A DNA stretch of 64,000 bases from Candidatus Saccharimonadia bacterium (GTDB taxonomy: Bacteria > Patescibacteriota > Saccharimonadia > UBA4664 > SCTI01): positions 2,807-66,806 of the forward strand of contig JBKJLI010000003.1 of the NCBI GenBank assembly GCA_046597065.1, written 5' to 3'. This document shows, one piece after another, positions 30,593 through 41,081 of the stretch (position 1 is the stretch's first letter; the number at the start of each line of letters is the position of its first letter). The position numbers and the translations under genes were made by a program. Under the pieces are notes generated by a model. That model did no database searches. It had not been told where the DNA came from and saw only the letters and a list, made by a program, of their open reading frames with translations.

Positions 30593-32341
30593 TTAATTAA
30601 ACTGGGGCGTGGTCACAATCGTAAAGTCAGTACTGGCCTTATAAAAAGTACTGGTTGTATCGGTGCGGATAACCTTACCGCTTAAATCCACCACGTCACG
30701 ATAAAACACCGTTTGCGAAGGCTTGGTGGCATCGGCGTCGCCAGTTACAAAATAAGGCCCCCGTATCACTCCGGTTTTGGTTTTGGTGCCAAATAAACTA
30801 AAAGTTAATGTGGTGCCAGCCATGCGTGTTTGAATCAAAATGTAGCCGGGTGTGTCATTTTTAAACTTTAGATCCACCTGGGGGTAATAAACAGTGGCAT
30901 CAACACCCGGTACGCCATAAGGCGCGGTGTAAAACTCGTTGATGGCAAAGGCATGGTTGGTGCGCTGCACAATTGGCAGTCCGGCGGTTAGGGCCGCCCG
31001 GTACAGCGTGCTCGACACCTGGCACAAACCGCCGCCGTACTGCTTTTCTTCTTTAGTACCAATAATCACTAGTGAGGGTAGGTAGCCCTGGGCCGGTCCA
31101 ACATCGCCCAGTGCCGCCCCAAAACTAAACACCTCACCCGGTTTAATTAAAATGCCATCATAAATTGCCTGCCCCACTCGCACGTTGGTTAATCGCGCCG
31201 CCGAGCTTCCCGGAAAAGTGCTGTACCCCAGCCCGATCTGCTCTTTAAGCCCCAGCGTGTCCAGGTTGCCTTCATTAACCGCCGCCTTGGTGTTAGCTGT
31301 AACCAGGGCGATCGTGCGGTTGCCGTCTGGTTTTCCCAATGTCGCAATAATGCTATCGGTCGCCTTGGCCTCGTCAACTTTCAACCCGTCTTTGCTGGGT
31401 GATTCAACCACCAACTTGCCGCCGGACATCGAAAGCCCGGCGTTTTGAGGCTCGCGATTAACTTTTGCGGCCAGTTGCTGCACAAACACCTCTACCTTTG
31501 GCCGGCTGATAACCAGCTTTACATTGCCCTCATTGGGGTCCTCGTAAAACGATTTCAGGCCGGTTAGCATGTCGGTGCGATAACCGGCAGCGCTAACGTC
31601 TATCCAGCTTATTATCGAGGCTTGATCGATGGTTTGGCTAACCGCCTGCGCCGTGGCCGTTAGCGGCGCCGATACAAAGGTGGCGGCTTGATCTTTGGCC
31701 AGCGCCAAAGTGTCCTCATTAATACTGGGAGTAATTAAATAAACCGGCGCCTTAATTTCGGAATCATCCATTTGGCCAAGGCGCGAATTAATTAACTGCA
31801 CCAACTGCCCGCGGTTAACTCGCTTGCCGGGTTGCGACGGCTTTACCGATACCTGCCCGCCCTCAAAGCTCAACCTGGCATTGGCCACCGGGCTGGTAAC
31901 GTCAGTATCCACTTGGTCCAAAAATGGCGTTAAACTAGTGTCGTTATAGTTAAACCGCTCAATGGAAGAGTTGCGCGCCAAAATTGAGCGAGAATAAATC
32001 TTCAAACGGTTAATTAAACTACCGCTGCGACCGTAATCTAGCGCGGCCTGCGCCGCCGCCTCATCATACTTAATACCCAGGCCCGAAACTGGAATCCGCA
32101 AAGTGGTTTGGTTGTACTGAACCGCAACTTGCTGGCCTTGATAGTCTGCCGCCGCAGTTTTTATGGCCTCTACCGTTGCCGATTTGCTTAAGCCGCCCGC
32201 ATAAACCCCGTTTACGCTGACTCCAGGAAGCACCTTGCCGGCATAAACGCCTGCAAAACCAATTAACCCCAAAACCACAATCACCACGAGGGCAACCCCA
32301 ACGCCTAATAGATAATGAGTTTTAGATGAAAACGGTTGCAT
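30593..32341 (-). CDS. VanW-family protein with peptidoglycan-binding (PG_binding_4-like) repeats
   Basis: PGEVFSF, GGGLCQVSSTLY, R.NH, GVDATVY, DLKFKNDT; N-terminal TM helix. Confidence 0.92.
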   Translation of the reverse strand: MQPFSSKTHYLLGVGVALVVIVVLGLIGFAGVYAGKVLPGVSVNGVYAGGLSKSATVEAIKTAAADYQGQQVAVQYNQTTLRIPVSGLGIKYDEAAAQAALDYGRSGSLINRLKIYSRSILARNSSIERFNYNDTSLTPFLDQVDTDVTSPVANARLSFEGGQVSVKPSQPGKRVNRGQLVQLINSRLGQMDDSEIKAPVYLITPSINEDTLALAKDQAATFVSAPLTATAQAVSQTIDQASIISWIDVSAAGYRTDMLTGLKSFYEDPNEGNVKLVISRPKVEVFVQQLAAKVNREPQNAGLSMSGGKLVVESPSKDGLKVDEAKATDSIIATLGKPDGNRTIALVTANTKAAVNEGNLDTLGLKEQIGLGYSTFPGSSAARLTNVRVGQAIYDGILIKPGEVFSFGAALGDVGPAQGYLPSLVIIGTKEEKQYGGGLCQVSSTLYRAALTAGLPIVQRTNHAFAINEFYTAPYGVPGVDATVYYPQVDLKFKNDTPGYILIQTRMAGTTLTFSLFGTKTKTGVIRGPYFVTGDADATKPSQTVFYRDVVDLSGKVIRTDTTSTFYKASTDFTIVTTPQFN

Positions 32342-32388
32342 AATGGCTATAAGTATAGACTAATTTATGCCTCTAGCGAGCGGTTACT

Positions 32389-33330
32389 CTACTTGAGTCG
32401 GCTCTCTATATTTCTCAGAACAGCGTGCTGCTCCTCGGTTTCAGCGTGTTGCCGCAATATCATCAAATTAGAATTGAGCCTAGCCTCAAGTATAGACAAG
32501 TCGTTCTCGTCACCCGTCGTGCGAACGTCTTCATAACCTGACTCCCTGGCTCGAAGAACCGCCTCTGCTTCCCGCTGAGCTGTATCAAACTGGGTTGGCG
32601 CCCTTCGAATCTGTTCGGGCTGCACTACAACATCGGGTAAAACACCACTCTCGGCGTCATATTTCCTACCAGCTTTCCATGCCGCCTCATCTCCTCTTAA
32701 AGTATCTAGCCGGCTTTCATATCTTTCCATCTGGGCGGCGTTTCTTAAAATACTAGCCTCATCCTCATCGCCAATCGCCTCGGCTACTCTAGCCTCTTCA
32801 TTAAGAGATTTTTCGGTTGCATGCAAGAGGGAGGCCCGAGAAAGCGCACTAGCCGCCGCTTCGGCCATCGCCCTAGCTTTTTCGGGGTCATCAACTCTAT
32901 GCTTTGACCCCGCTTCTGCTTGTCTTGGCTCTCCTGCGAGCTCTTGCTCCTCATCATAGATGGCAGCTGCAGCGTCCGCAGCCCTTGGCGCCTGCTCTCT
33001 TTTGGCAGCTGCTCGGTTCCGCTGTTTCTGAAGCTCCGACCCAAGCTTGGCTATTTCTTGCTTACGCTGACGACCGGCTTTTGTTAGCCCCAATCTGTCA
33101 AGAAGTGTGCTTTCTTCTCGAGCTTTTTCGAGTGACGCTTCGAACTTACCCGCCAACCTTTCGCTTGCCTGAGCGTCAGTGATATAACGATCCATATGAT
33201 TAGCCGTCATTTGATCGCGACCTTCGTCCGTTTCACCGGTTTGTGCACCAACCTCGTGCCCTAAGTTTGCGGCTTCATTTTCTCCGGCTCGAAACTCTGA
33301 CTCTCCGCTAGATTCACCCTTTTCGGGCAT
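32389..33330 (-). CDS. Hypothetical acidic, Ala/Glu/Arg-rich helical protein
   Basis: 313-aa ORF with RBS GAGGA; no family recognised. Confidence 0.7.
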   Translation of the reverse strand: MPEKGESSGESEFRAGENEAANLGHEVGAQTGETDEGRDQMTANHMDRYITDAQASERLAGKFEASLEKAREESTLLDRLGLTKAGRQRKQEIAKLGSELQKQRNRAAAKREQAPRAADAAAAIYDEEQELAGEPRQAEAGSKHRVDDPEKARAMAEAAASALSRASLLHATEKSLNEEARVAEAIGDEDEASILRNAAQMERYESRLDTLRGDEAAWKAGRKYDAESGVLPDVVVQPEQIRRAPTQFDTAQREAEAVLRARESGYEDVRTTGDENDLSILEARLNSNLMILRQHAETEEQHAVLRNIESRLK

Positions 33331-33390
33331 GACATTTCCTCTTTTGGCTTGCTTATGGTGTGATCATAACATAGAAGCATAAGTGAAACT

Positions 33391-33410
33391 CCCCGAGCTG
33401 ACGCTTGGGG
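33391..33410 (-). terminator. GC-rich hairpin, possible terminator
   Basis: CCCCGAGC-TGAC-GCTTGGGG between the NUDIX gene and the 32389 gene; weak U-tail. Confidence 0.4.
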
Positions 33411-33538
33411 CAGCGCGTGGGAATGAGTGCAGCCCTTGCCACCCAACAGCTGTGCATATGCCATTTTGACTGAAAAATATTTCAATATGCTCGACCAAGA
33501 ACTACAGACTACCGAGAATTGCTCCGCATAGAGCTTGG

Positions 33539-34051
33539 CTAGCTAAGATCAAGTTTTCTTAGGTCATCGAAGCGATTCAATTGCACCGGAATCATATTGT
33601 CCGGCAGTTCATCTGACTTAAACCATCCGTACTCTGCCGTTTCATCATCTAATACGTCATTATGTTCAACTGGTCGTGCCAGAAAGCTTACAACCCAGCG
33701 ATGCTCACTATGCTTATCACCCGGAAAGCTATCTAAGTAAACGCCCAGTACCCGGCCCAACTCCACCGTCCAGCCGGTTTCCTCTTTGGTTTCCCTAATC
33801 GCGGTTGCGGCGGGCTTTTCGCCGTAGTCAGAGAATCCACCCGGTAGTGCCCAAGTTCCCTTCATCGGATCAATTGCCCTTTTTACTAACAACACCTCCC
33901 CTTTTTCATTTAATGTCAGGGTTTCGGCGCTGGCCGCATTCCTAACTAGCGGCCAAAGTATGCCATGAGTTTTACAGGTGGGCAATTGGTTATTGTAATC
34001 AAATTGGTCACCACATATATAGCACCTTTGAGGTATAGTTTTTTTGCTCAT
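33539..34051 (-). CDS. NUDIX hydrolase with N-terminal Cys/His ribbon
   Basis: WALPGG...GE....TAIRETKEETG Nudix box; CYICG..C..H. Confidence 0.92.
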   Translation of the reverse strand: MSKKTIPQRCYICGDQFDYNNQLPTCKTHGILWPLVRNAASAETLTLNEKGEVLLVKRAIDPMKGTWALPGGFSDYGEKPAATAIRETKEETGWTVELGRVLGVYLDSFPGDKHSEHRWVVSFLARPVEHNDVLDDETAEYGWFKSDELPDNMIPVQLNRFDDLRKLDLS

Positions 34052-35109
34052 AATGAGAGTCCGTTTTTTTGCACTCGCCCAGACAGCTTCTTAGCCGCCT
34101 CGCCCACTAGCTGAGACTGCTCCTTGGCGCAAACCAACAATCCATCTGGTGTATCAACTACAATTACGCCCGATAGACCAATCACTACTACCGGCTTACC
34201 CTGGCTCATCACCATCACGTCATCGCTATCAATTAACTGCACGTCACCCTTAATGGTGTTGTTTTTGGAGTCACTCATCACATTATGCAAATCAAAAAAT
34301 GATCCAATATCAGCCCAGTCAAAACTACCGCTGACAACCATTAAATCCGGCACTTTTTCCATTAAGGCTGTATCAATTTGCTGACTGGGCAATGCTAAAT
34401 ATGACTGCTCCAGCTTTTTACCTTTAATAATGGCATCTTCGAGCGACTCATATCCCAGCATTAAGTCTTTTGCATGCTCCTTCATTTTAGCGAGAAACAC
34501 CGATCGAGGGGCGGCGAACAAACCCAAATTCCACAGGTAATTTCCGTCTTTCAAGTAGCCCTCGGCAACCGTTTGTGAGGGCTTTTCAACAAACTTCACT
34601 ACGTTGGAAACCGACATGCCTCCGCTTTGCTCCAACTCATCGGCCAGCTCCATATACCCAAACCCAGTGGCCGGATAAGTTGGTTTAATGCCAATTAGCG
34701 TTATGCGTTTGTGCTTAGTCGAGGTATTTCCAGCTACTTTTACCGTTTTAGCAAAGGCCGTTTCATCAGAAATGTGATGATCGGCGTGTAAAAACACCAC
34801 CGGTTCATCGTCGGGTTCAATAGTTTGCATATGTGCCATAGCGAGCAAAATGCAAGATGCCGTTCCGCGACGACCAGGTTCAACAATAATGTGTTTGGCA
34901 TCTAGATATGGAAGCTGTTCTGCTACTTCATTAGAATGCGACCGCTCGGTTATCACGTATATCTTACTTGTAACCAAACAAGCTCGCTTGTAGGTGTTCT
35001 GAAGCAGCGAACTTTGGCCGGTTAGTTTAAGTAAGTGTTTGGGATGGTTGCCTTGTGAAAGCGGCCACAGTCGCGTACCTGATCCTCCAGCGATAATTAC
35101 GATAATCAT
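34048..35109 (-). CDS. manC: Mannose-1-phosphate guanylyltransferase
   Basis: IIAGGSGTRLWPLS..PK, EP.RRGTA, ADH, TGFGY, FVEKP, WADIGS; start reset to 35109. Confidence 0.93.
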   Translation of the reverse strand: MIIVIIAGGSGTRLWPLSQGNHPKHLLKLTGQSSLLQNTYKRACLVTSKIYVITERSHSNEVAEQLPYLDAKHIIVEPGRRGTASCILLAMAHMQTIEPDDEPVVFLHADHHISDETAFAKTVKVAGNTSTKHKRITLIGIKPTYPATGFGYMELADELEQSGGMSVSNVVKFVEKPSQTVAEGYLKDGNYLWNLGLFAAPRSVFLAKMKEHAKDLMLGYESLEDAIIKGKKLEQSYLALPSQQIDTALMEKVPDLMVVSGSFDWADIGSFFDLHNVMSDSKNNTIKGDVQLIDSDDVMVMSQGKPVVVIGLSGVIVVDTPDGLLVCAKEQSQLVGEAAKKLSGRVQKNGLSL

Positions 35110-35165
35110 TTCTTGATTATACACGCCTATTTTTGTATAATCGTAAGCAGTTAGGGGCAAACAAA

Positions 35166-35717
35166 TTGGCCGCAAAAATATACAAAAACAAAACAGTTTT
35201 AATCACCCTCGTCGTCATCGCAGTCATAGCGATGGGGGCGGCCGTTTACGTTTATATTAAAATGCACCAAGAATCCGATTCTACTCCGGTAAATAAAAAC
35301 CTTGGTCAAGAAACCACTCAAACCAAGCAAAATGCCGGGCCGGCAACCGACAAAACCATTAACAATGGCTCGTCTACTGCGCCCGTGCCAAACCCTAGCC
35401 ATCCGGTAAGCAGCTTAGCCAAGCCAATAGGCCCCAACAATAATACCGGTACAGTAAGCCTATCCGGTGCCACCGGCATGGAGTCGGTTTGTCGTTCGGT
35501 ATCTGGGGCCAGCTGCTATATTCAAGCCAGTAAAGATGGAAAAACGATTAAGGTCTCAGTGGCCAAAACGGTTGGCAGCGATACAGCTAGTGACGGAGTC
35601 ATACTAGATTGGGATGCCAACCAGTTAACTGTCGGAACATGGATCATCCAGGCTGTAGCTAGTAAGGATGGCCAAACCGCCAGCTCTGATCCTCAAACAC
35701 TTAGGGTTAATTCATGA
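35166..35717 (+). CDS. Membrane-anchored hypothetical protein with T/N/P-rich linker and beta domain
   Basis: TM helix then a Cys-pair domain; probable TTG start 35166 after TATAAT and AGGGG (ORF track start 35133). Confidence 0.7.
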   Translation: MAAKIYKNKTVLITLVVIAVIAMGAAVYVYIKMHQESDSTPVNKNLGQETTQTKQNAGPATDKTINNGSSTAPVPNPSHPVSSLAKPIGPNNNTGTVSLSGATGMESVCRSVSGASCYIQASKDGKTIKVSVAKTVGSDTASDGVILDWDANQLTVGTWIIQAVASKDGQTASSDPQTLRVNS

Positions 35718-38008
35718 AGCATTTATTAAAACTCCCCCTCTTACTTCTTGCCATCGCTTTCACCAGCATCATAAGTGCTGGCTCTGCACATGCTTATAGT
35801 AACTCTCGACTAATGGACGATGTTATTTTTGATAACTCTAATAGTATGAGTGAGAGTCAGATCCAAACCTTCCTAGCTGGAAAGGGGCCATGCTTAGCTA
35901 ATTACAGCGATGTTGACCCAAATTGGAATGGCACCACCTGGAGCTATACGGGTAGCGTGTCGGCCGCACATATTATCTACAAAGCTAGCCAACAATGGGG
36001 CCTTAATCCTCAAGTGATTATTTCGACCCTGCAAAAAGAAGAGAGTCTGATTACCGGCACCAGCTGCGACGCCTGGCGCTACAACTCAGCCATGGGATAC
36101 GGCTGTCCCGATTCCGGCGGCTGCAACGCCAAATACGCCGGCTTTACCCGCCAGGTACTGTGGGGCGCTTGGCAGTTAAAGTTTAATAAAGAACGCGCCT
36201 ACGGTAATACCGCCTGGGACGGCGACGGCGATATTGTCTATGTTGGCCTAATGACCGCCGGCGATCGGCGCCGCTGCACGACCTGCTCGCTGGTTAGCTA
36301 CGATGGCAACGCAACCATAGACGGCCAAGTTATCCATATGGACAATGGCACCACCGCCTCGCTATACACCTACACTCCCCACCTCGGCCAGTCATTCCCG
36401 GGGATATTTGAAGGCTGGTTTGGGAGTGTGCTTGTGCCAACGTATTCATGGCAGCTTGTTGATCAAAGAGTTAAAATTTATGGCACCAATACCGATTTTG
36501 ACCCCACTCCAGGTATTACTGCTGGCGACAGGTTCGTTATTTACTTCAAAGCTCTTAATACTGGTACGGCCACTTGGAGTAATAGCGGTCCCAGCCCTAC
36601 CAGGGCTGGGACTTCACAGCCCTATGATAGAACCAGCGTATTCTGTGAAGTATCTTGGATAAGTTGCAGTCGACCGGTGCAAATGCAAGAAGCCACCGTT
36701 TCCCCCGGCCAAACCGGTACCTTTATGTTCGCGGCCCAGGCTCCAGCCACGCCGGGTACATATAACGAGCGCTTTAATCTTTTGGCGGAGGGAGTCTCCT
36801 GGATGAGCGACATTGGGTTGTATTATCATCTCAAGGTCAACCCGGCTGATTTTAAATACTCACTTGTCAGCGATACGCTTCCTACGCAATTAGCTTCTGG
36901 GTCTAGTGGATCTGGAGCCGTTACTTTGCGCAATGACAGTAACTTCACTTGGTACAATGCACCTAAATTCCCAATCCGAATAGGGGCAACTTCGCCAAAT
37001 GATCGGGTTTCGGCTTTCCGAGACTCGTCATGGATAGGCTCGACGCGCCTGGCAAATCAAGCTGAGTTCTCGGTAGCGCCTGGCCAACAAGCGACATTCA
37101 CCGCCACCCTACATGCTCCTCAGGCTGCCGGTACCTACAATGAATCTCTTGGCCTGGTTGCCGATGGCATTGCCTGGGCCGGCCAATCCTTCAATCACCC
37201 CGTCACAGTAAAGCAAAACTATGATGCCAGCCTAGACTCAACATCAACGTCGATAATCTCCATGGGTGGAGCCGAACGTAAGCTGGTCACCCTTAAATAC
37301 TTAAACACTGGGCTGCTGACTTGGTCCAATGCAGGCGCAAACCCTGTTCGCATTAGTACCAGCTCACCAAGTGATAGAAGTAGTGGATTTTGCTATCAAA
37401 GTTGGATCGCCTGCCATCGACCCACCCAATTACTCGAAAGCTCGGTTGCACCGGGCCAAACCGGTACTTTTCAGTTTTATGTTGAGGGTCGTCCATGGTT
37501 TAATTCAAATCCATACTTTGAGAGCTTTGGCCCCATAGCAGAGGGTTTGGTAAGATTTGGAGCTGTGGCCCAAGTTCGAGTAAACTACACTCACCAGTCA
37601 TACTCGTGGAGTTTGACCGATCAATACGCACATACAGTTGGGCCCGGCCCAACACCTGTAGACATGGCTACCATGAGCCCTGGCCAGACCATCATTATCG
37701 GTTTTAAGGCTAGAAATACGGGTAGTGCTACCTGGCTCAATGACGGTGGTTTCCCGCTCAGAGTTGCAACATCGCGACCGACTGACAGATCAAGCGCCTT
37801 CTGTTCAAATACGTGGATCGCCTGCCATCGTCCGGCACAAATGCTCGAGGCCTCTGTGGCACCAAATCAGATTGGTACTTTTGAGTTTGAGTTTAAGGCT
37901 CCGACCGGCAGTCCGGGGCTACATAGTGAATATTTTGTACCAATCATCGAAAGCTACTCTTACCTAAGCGATATAGGCCTATATTATCGGACGAATGTCT
38001 CTCCATAG
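35714..38008 (+). CDS. Secreted surface protein: lysozyme-like N-domain plus four Ig-like (NBR1-type) repeats
   Basis: Signal peptide; GLNPQVIISTLQKEESLI; four copies of N(T/D)...W.N....R.....P.DR.S.F...W...R.......V.P.Q..TF. Confidence 0.75.
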   Translation: MKHLLKLPLLLLAIAFTSIISAGSAHAYSNSRLMDDVIFDNSNSMSESQIQTFLAGKGPCLANYSDVDPNWNGTTWSYTGSVSAAHIIYKASQQWGLNPQVIISTLQKEESLITGTSCDAWRYNSAMGYGCPDSGGCNAKYAGFTRQVLWGAWQLKFNKERAYGNTAWDGDGDIVYVGLMTAGDRRRCTTCSLVSYDGNATIDGQVIHMDNGTTASLYTYTPHLGQSFPGIFEGWFGSVLVPTYSWQLVDQRVKIYGTNTDFDPTPGITAGDRFVIYFKALNTGTATWSNSGPSPTRAGTSQPYDRTSVFCEVSWISCSRPVQMQEATVSPGQTGTFMFAAQAPATPGTYNERFNLLAEGVSWMSDIGLYYHLKVNPADFKYSLVSDTLPTQLASGSSGSGAVTLRNDSNFTWYNAPKFPIRIGATSPNDRVSAFRDSSWIGSTRLANQAEFSVAPGQQATFTATLHAPQAAGTYNESLGLVADGIAWAGQSFNHPVTVKQNYDASLDSTSTSIISMGGAERKLVTLKYLNTGLLTWSNAGANPVRISTSSPSDRSSGFCYQSWIACHRPTQLLESSVAPGQTGTFQFYVEGRPWFNSNPYFESFGPIAEGLVRFGAVAQVRVNYTHQSYSWSLTDQYAHTVGPGPTPVDMATMSPGQTIIIGFKARNTGSATWLNDGGFPLRVATSRPTDRSSAFCSNTWIACHRPAQMLEASVAPNQIGTFEFEFKAPTGSPGLHSEYFVPIIESYSYLSDIGLYYRTNVSP

Positions 38009-38056
38009 CACTTAGGACATTTTACTGCTGAGCTGGTTTTTGGTAGAATCCCTGAT

Positions 38057-39010
38057 ATGTCGATCCCATCCCCAGTGTTTTGGAATAAGAAAAAAGTGCT
38101 TGTTACCGGCGGTAGCGGGTTTCTTGGCTCACGCTTGGTCGCTGAGTTGAATAAGCTTGGAGCCAATGTCTTCGCCCCGAGCCACAGCGAGTTCGATCTA
38201 GTGCATGAAGATCAAATTAAAAAAATGTACGCCAAATACCCCGAAATTGATACCGTTATTCATTTGGCGGCTGTTGTCGGTGGTATTGGCGCTAATCGGG
38301 AGCACCCCGGGTCGTTTATGTACGACAATCTCATGATGGGCACCCAGCTATTACATCAAGCTTATGTCAATAATATCCCCAAGTTTGTTGCTCTAGGAAC
38401 CGTTTGTGCTTACCCAAAACACACACCGGTACCCTTTAAAGAAGATGACCTCTGGAACGGCTACCCAGAAGAGACTAATGCTCCATACGGCCTGGCGAAA
38501 AAAATGATGCTTGTCCAAAGCCAGGGTTACCGAGAAGAGTATGGATATAACTCCATATTTCTGTTGCCGGTAAATCTTTATGGTCCTGGAGACAATTTTA
38601 ACCCGTCTAGCTCGCATGTTATACCTGCCTTAATCAAGAAGTGTGTTGATGCCGTTGAAAATAATCAAGACGAGATTGAGGTTTGGGGTGACGGATCAGC
38701 CAGTCGTGAATTTCTATACGTTGATGATGCCGTACGCGGCATAATTCTTTCAGCTGAGAAATATAATAAAAGTGAGCCAGTAAACCTTGGATCTGCCTTT
38801 GAACTAACTATTAAGCAGTTAGTGGATATTATCACTAGGGAAACTGGGTTTAAGGGAAAGGTTGTTTGGGATACTTCAAAGCCAAATGGACAACCTAGAC
38901 GTAAACTCGATGTATCTCGCGCCAAGAATGAGTTCGGTTTTCTCTCAAAGATCAGCTTCGACGAGGGCTTGAGCAAGACGATTGATTGGTACAAAAGGCA
39001 CCAGAGTTGA
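38057..39010 (+). CDS. fcl: GDP-L-fucose synthase
   Basis: [50 protein letters not shown]. Confidence 0.95.
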   Translation: MSIPSPVFWNKKKVLVTGGSGFLGSRLVAELNKLGANVFAPSHSEFDLVHEDQIKKMYAKYPEIDTVIHLAAVVGGIGANREHPGSFMYDNLMMGTQLLHQAYVNNIPKFVALGTVCAYPKHTPVPFKEDDLWNGYPEETNAPYGLAKKMMLVQSQGYREEYGYNSIFLLPVNLYGPGDNFNPSSSHVIPALIKKCVDAVENNQDEIEVWGDGSASREFLYVDDAVRGIILSAEKYNKSEPVNLGSAFELTIKQLVDIITRETGFKGKVVWDTSKPNGQPRRKLDVSRAKNEFGFLSKISFDEGLSKTIDWYKRHQS

Positions 39011-39828
39011 GCACAACTATCATAAGGCCAAGCCGTAAGCTAACAATTGACCTAGCTGAGCTTTGGCGATACCGAGAATTGTTCTACTATTTTGCCTGGC
39101 GTGACATTAAGGTGCGCTACAAGCAAACGGCTATTGGTGCAGGCTGGGCCATCTTTCAACCTTTCATCACAATGGTTGTCTTTACGCTATTTTTTAATAA
39201 AGTTGCAGGCATTCAGGCAAACGGCGCCATACCATACGCTATTTTTTCGTACTCTGGATTATTGTTTTGGCAGTACTTTTCTAACGCTTTAACCCGTTCG
39301 AGCAATAGCCTGGTTGATAATCAGTCGGTAATAACAAAAATCTACTTCCCGCGGATTATCCCCCCCATTTCTAGCACCATTGTGGCTCTAATTGATTTTT
39401 TCTTTGCATTTTTAATTTACCTTGGCCTGCTTGTCTACTTCCAAATATCCCCTGGAGTAGTCGGCATTCTGTTGTTTATACCCGCAATTATTATTACCTT
39501 TATTGCGGCGGCCGGTTTGGGATTATATCTCGCGGCTCTCAACGTTAAGTATCGCGACGTCAAGCAGGCGCTGCCATTTTTTATTCAAACCGGGCTTTTT
39601 TTAACTCCCGTTATCTACCCTGTGTCTCTTGTGCCGGAAAAATACCAGTGGTTGCTGTACTTAAACCCGATGACTGGAGTTATTACTACAATTCGCCATA
39701 CTTCACTCCACGTTGGTGATCTCAATTGGGGTCTAGTTAGTATTTCAGTGATATCCGCTCTCCTGATGTTTGCATTTGGGCTGTACTACTTCAAGACTAA
39801 AGAACGTGAATTTGCGGACATAATATGA
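39007..39828 (+). CDS. wzm: Polysaccharide ABC exporter permease
   Basis: [26 protein letters not shown]; probable TTG start overlapping the fcl stop. Confidence 0.92.
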   Translation: MSTTIIRPSRKLTIDLAELWRYRELFYYFAWRDIKVRYKQTAIGAGWAIFQPFITMVVFTLFFNKVAGIQANGAIPYAIFSYSGLLFWQYFSNALTRSSNSLVDNQSVITKIYFPRIIPPISSTIVALIDFFFAFLIYLGLLVYFQISPGVVGILLFIPAIIITFIAAAGLGLYLAALNVKYRDVKQALPFFIQTGLFLTPVIYPVSLVPEKYQWLLYLNPMTGVITTIRHTSLHVGDLNWGLVSISVISALLMFAFGLYYFKTKEREFADII

Positions 39829-41081
39829 CAGATCCAGTCGTTCAAATTAGCGGTCTGTCCAAGGTGTACCAAATTGGCCATGAGGACCAGGTTGATCGAG
39901 GATCCTTGCGAGAAGCGATTACTCGAACCCTTAAAAAGCCGAGCGAGCTTTTCACCGGCCACCGAGTAGCCCAAGAGAAATTCTGGGCTCTTAAAGATAT
40001 AGCCGTGGAGATCAACCGAGGTGATGTGGTTGGCCTGATTGGCAGAAATGGATCCGGCAAGTCAACCCTACTAAAAATACTGTCGCAGATTGTCGAGCCG
40101 TCTGAAGGAGAGGTAATACTCAACGGCAACAGCGCCAGCTTGCTTGAAGTTGGCACCGGTTTTCACCCTGAGCTCACCGGGCGCGAAAACATCTATTTTA
40201 ATGGTTCGATTTTAGGTATGAGTCGTAAAGAAATTGAAGCTAAATTTGCCGAAATTGTCGAGTTCTCGGAAATTGAAAGATTTCTCGACACACCGGTGAA
40301 GTTCTACTCTTCTGGTATGTACGTACGTCTAGCATTTGCGGTCGCGGCTCACCTTGAGCCCGATATCCTCATTGTCGACGAGGTGCTGGCGGTCGGTGAT
40401 GCTGCATTCCAACGTAAAAGCTTAGGCAAGATGCGTGACGCCACTCAAAATGCGCAACGTACGGTTATTTTTGTAAGCCACAGCATGGAATCCATTCAGA
40501 GTATTTGCAATAAGTGCATTTGGCTAGACTCTGGTAAGGTGATCGCCATGGGAGAAACCTCCAAAATAGTTGAGCGGTATATGTCGTCGTCAGGAGCACT
40601 CGAGCGCCCGGCGCTTAAAGATCGTACCGACCGCAGGGGTAATGGCGATGTTCGCCTAACAAGCCTAAAGGTACAAGACTCAATTCAAGAAGACAAGCGA
40701 GTTTCCCTGAACCTGCAGTTAAATAATCTAACATCAAGTGTGTTCAAGGATGCAAAGCTATCGATCGACATTTACGATGGTACGGGCGTCCACGTGAGCA
40801 ACCTCTTAAACTACACCGTCAAGCAGCAAGTGAACATTAAACCTGGCTCAAATAAGATTCAAATTGAAATAAGCAATTTCTGCCTAGCCCCCGGGCGCTA
40901 CAGTCTGAACGTTTTTATTGCGTCAGACCAATTAAATAAGAAGCTATTCGATTGGGTCGAAGATGCCTCCCAACTCTTGGTCCAGCCATATGATTTCTAC
41001 GGCACAGGTAGCGTCCCGAGCTTTAGTGGTAAGTTTGTATACTTAGACTATGATTACAAAGCTGAAAAACCGAGTCGGTAG
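39825..41081 (+). CDS. wzt: Polysaccharide ABC exporter ATPase with C-terminal carbohydrate-binding domain
   Basis: GRNGSGKST, GFHPELTGREN, YSSGM, DEVLAVGD, plus about 170 aa of C-terminal domain. Confidence 0.95.
   Translation: MTDPVVQISGLSKVYQIGHEDQVDRGSLREAITRTLKKPSELFTGHRVAQEKFWALKDIAVEINRGDVVGLIGRNGSGKSTLLKILSQIVEPSEGEVILNGNSASLLEVGTGFHPELTGRENIYFNGSILGMSRKEIEAKFAEIVEFSEIERFLDTPVKFYSSGMYVRLAFAVAAHLEPDILIVDEVLAVGDAAFQRKSLGKMRDATQNAQRTVIFVSHSMESIQSICNKCIWLDSGKVIAMGETSKIVERYMSSSGALERPALKDRTDRRGNGDVRLTSLKVQDSIQEDKRVSLNLQLNNLTSSVFKDAKLSIDIYDGTGVHVSNLLNYTVKQQVNIKPGSNKIQIEISNFCLAPGRYSLNVFIASDQLNKKLFDWVEDASQLLVQPYDFYGTGSVPSFSGKFVYLDYDYKAEKPSR

Noticed and set aside
33411-33538. Possible ncRNA or gene fragment in the spacer
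   Set aside because: I could not support a recognisable RNA family or a convincing reading frame by eye.
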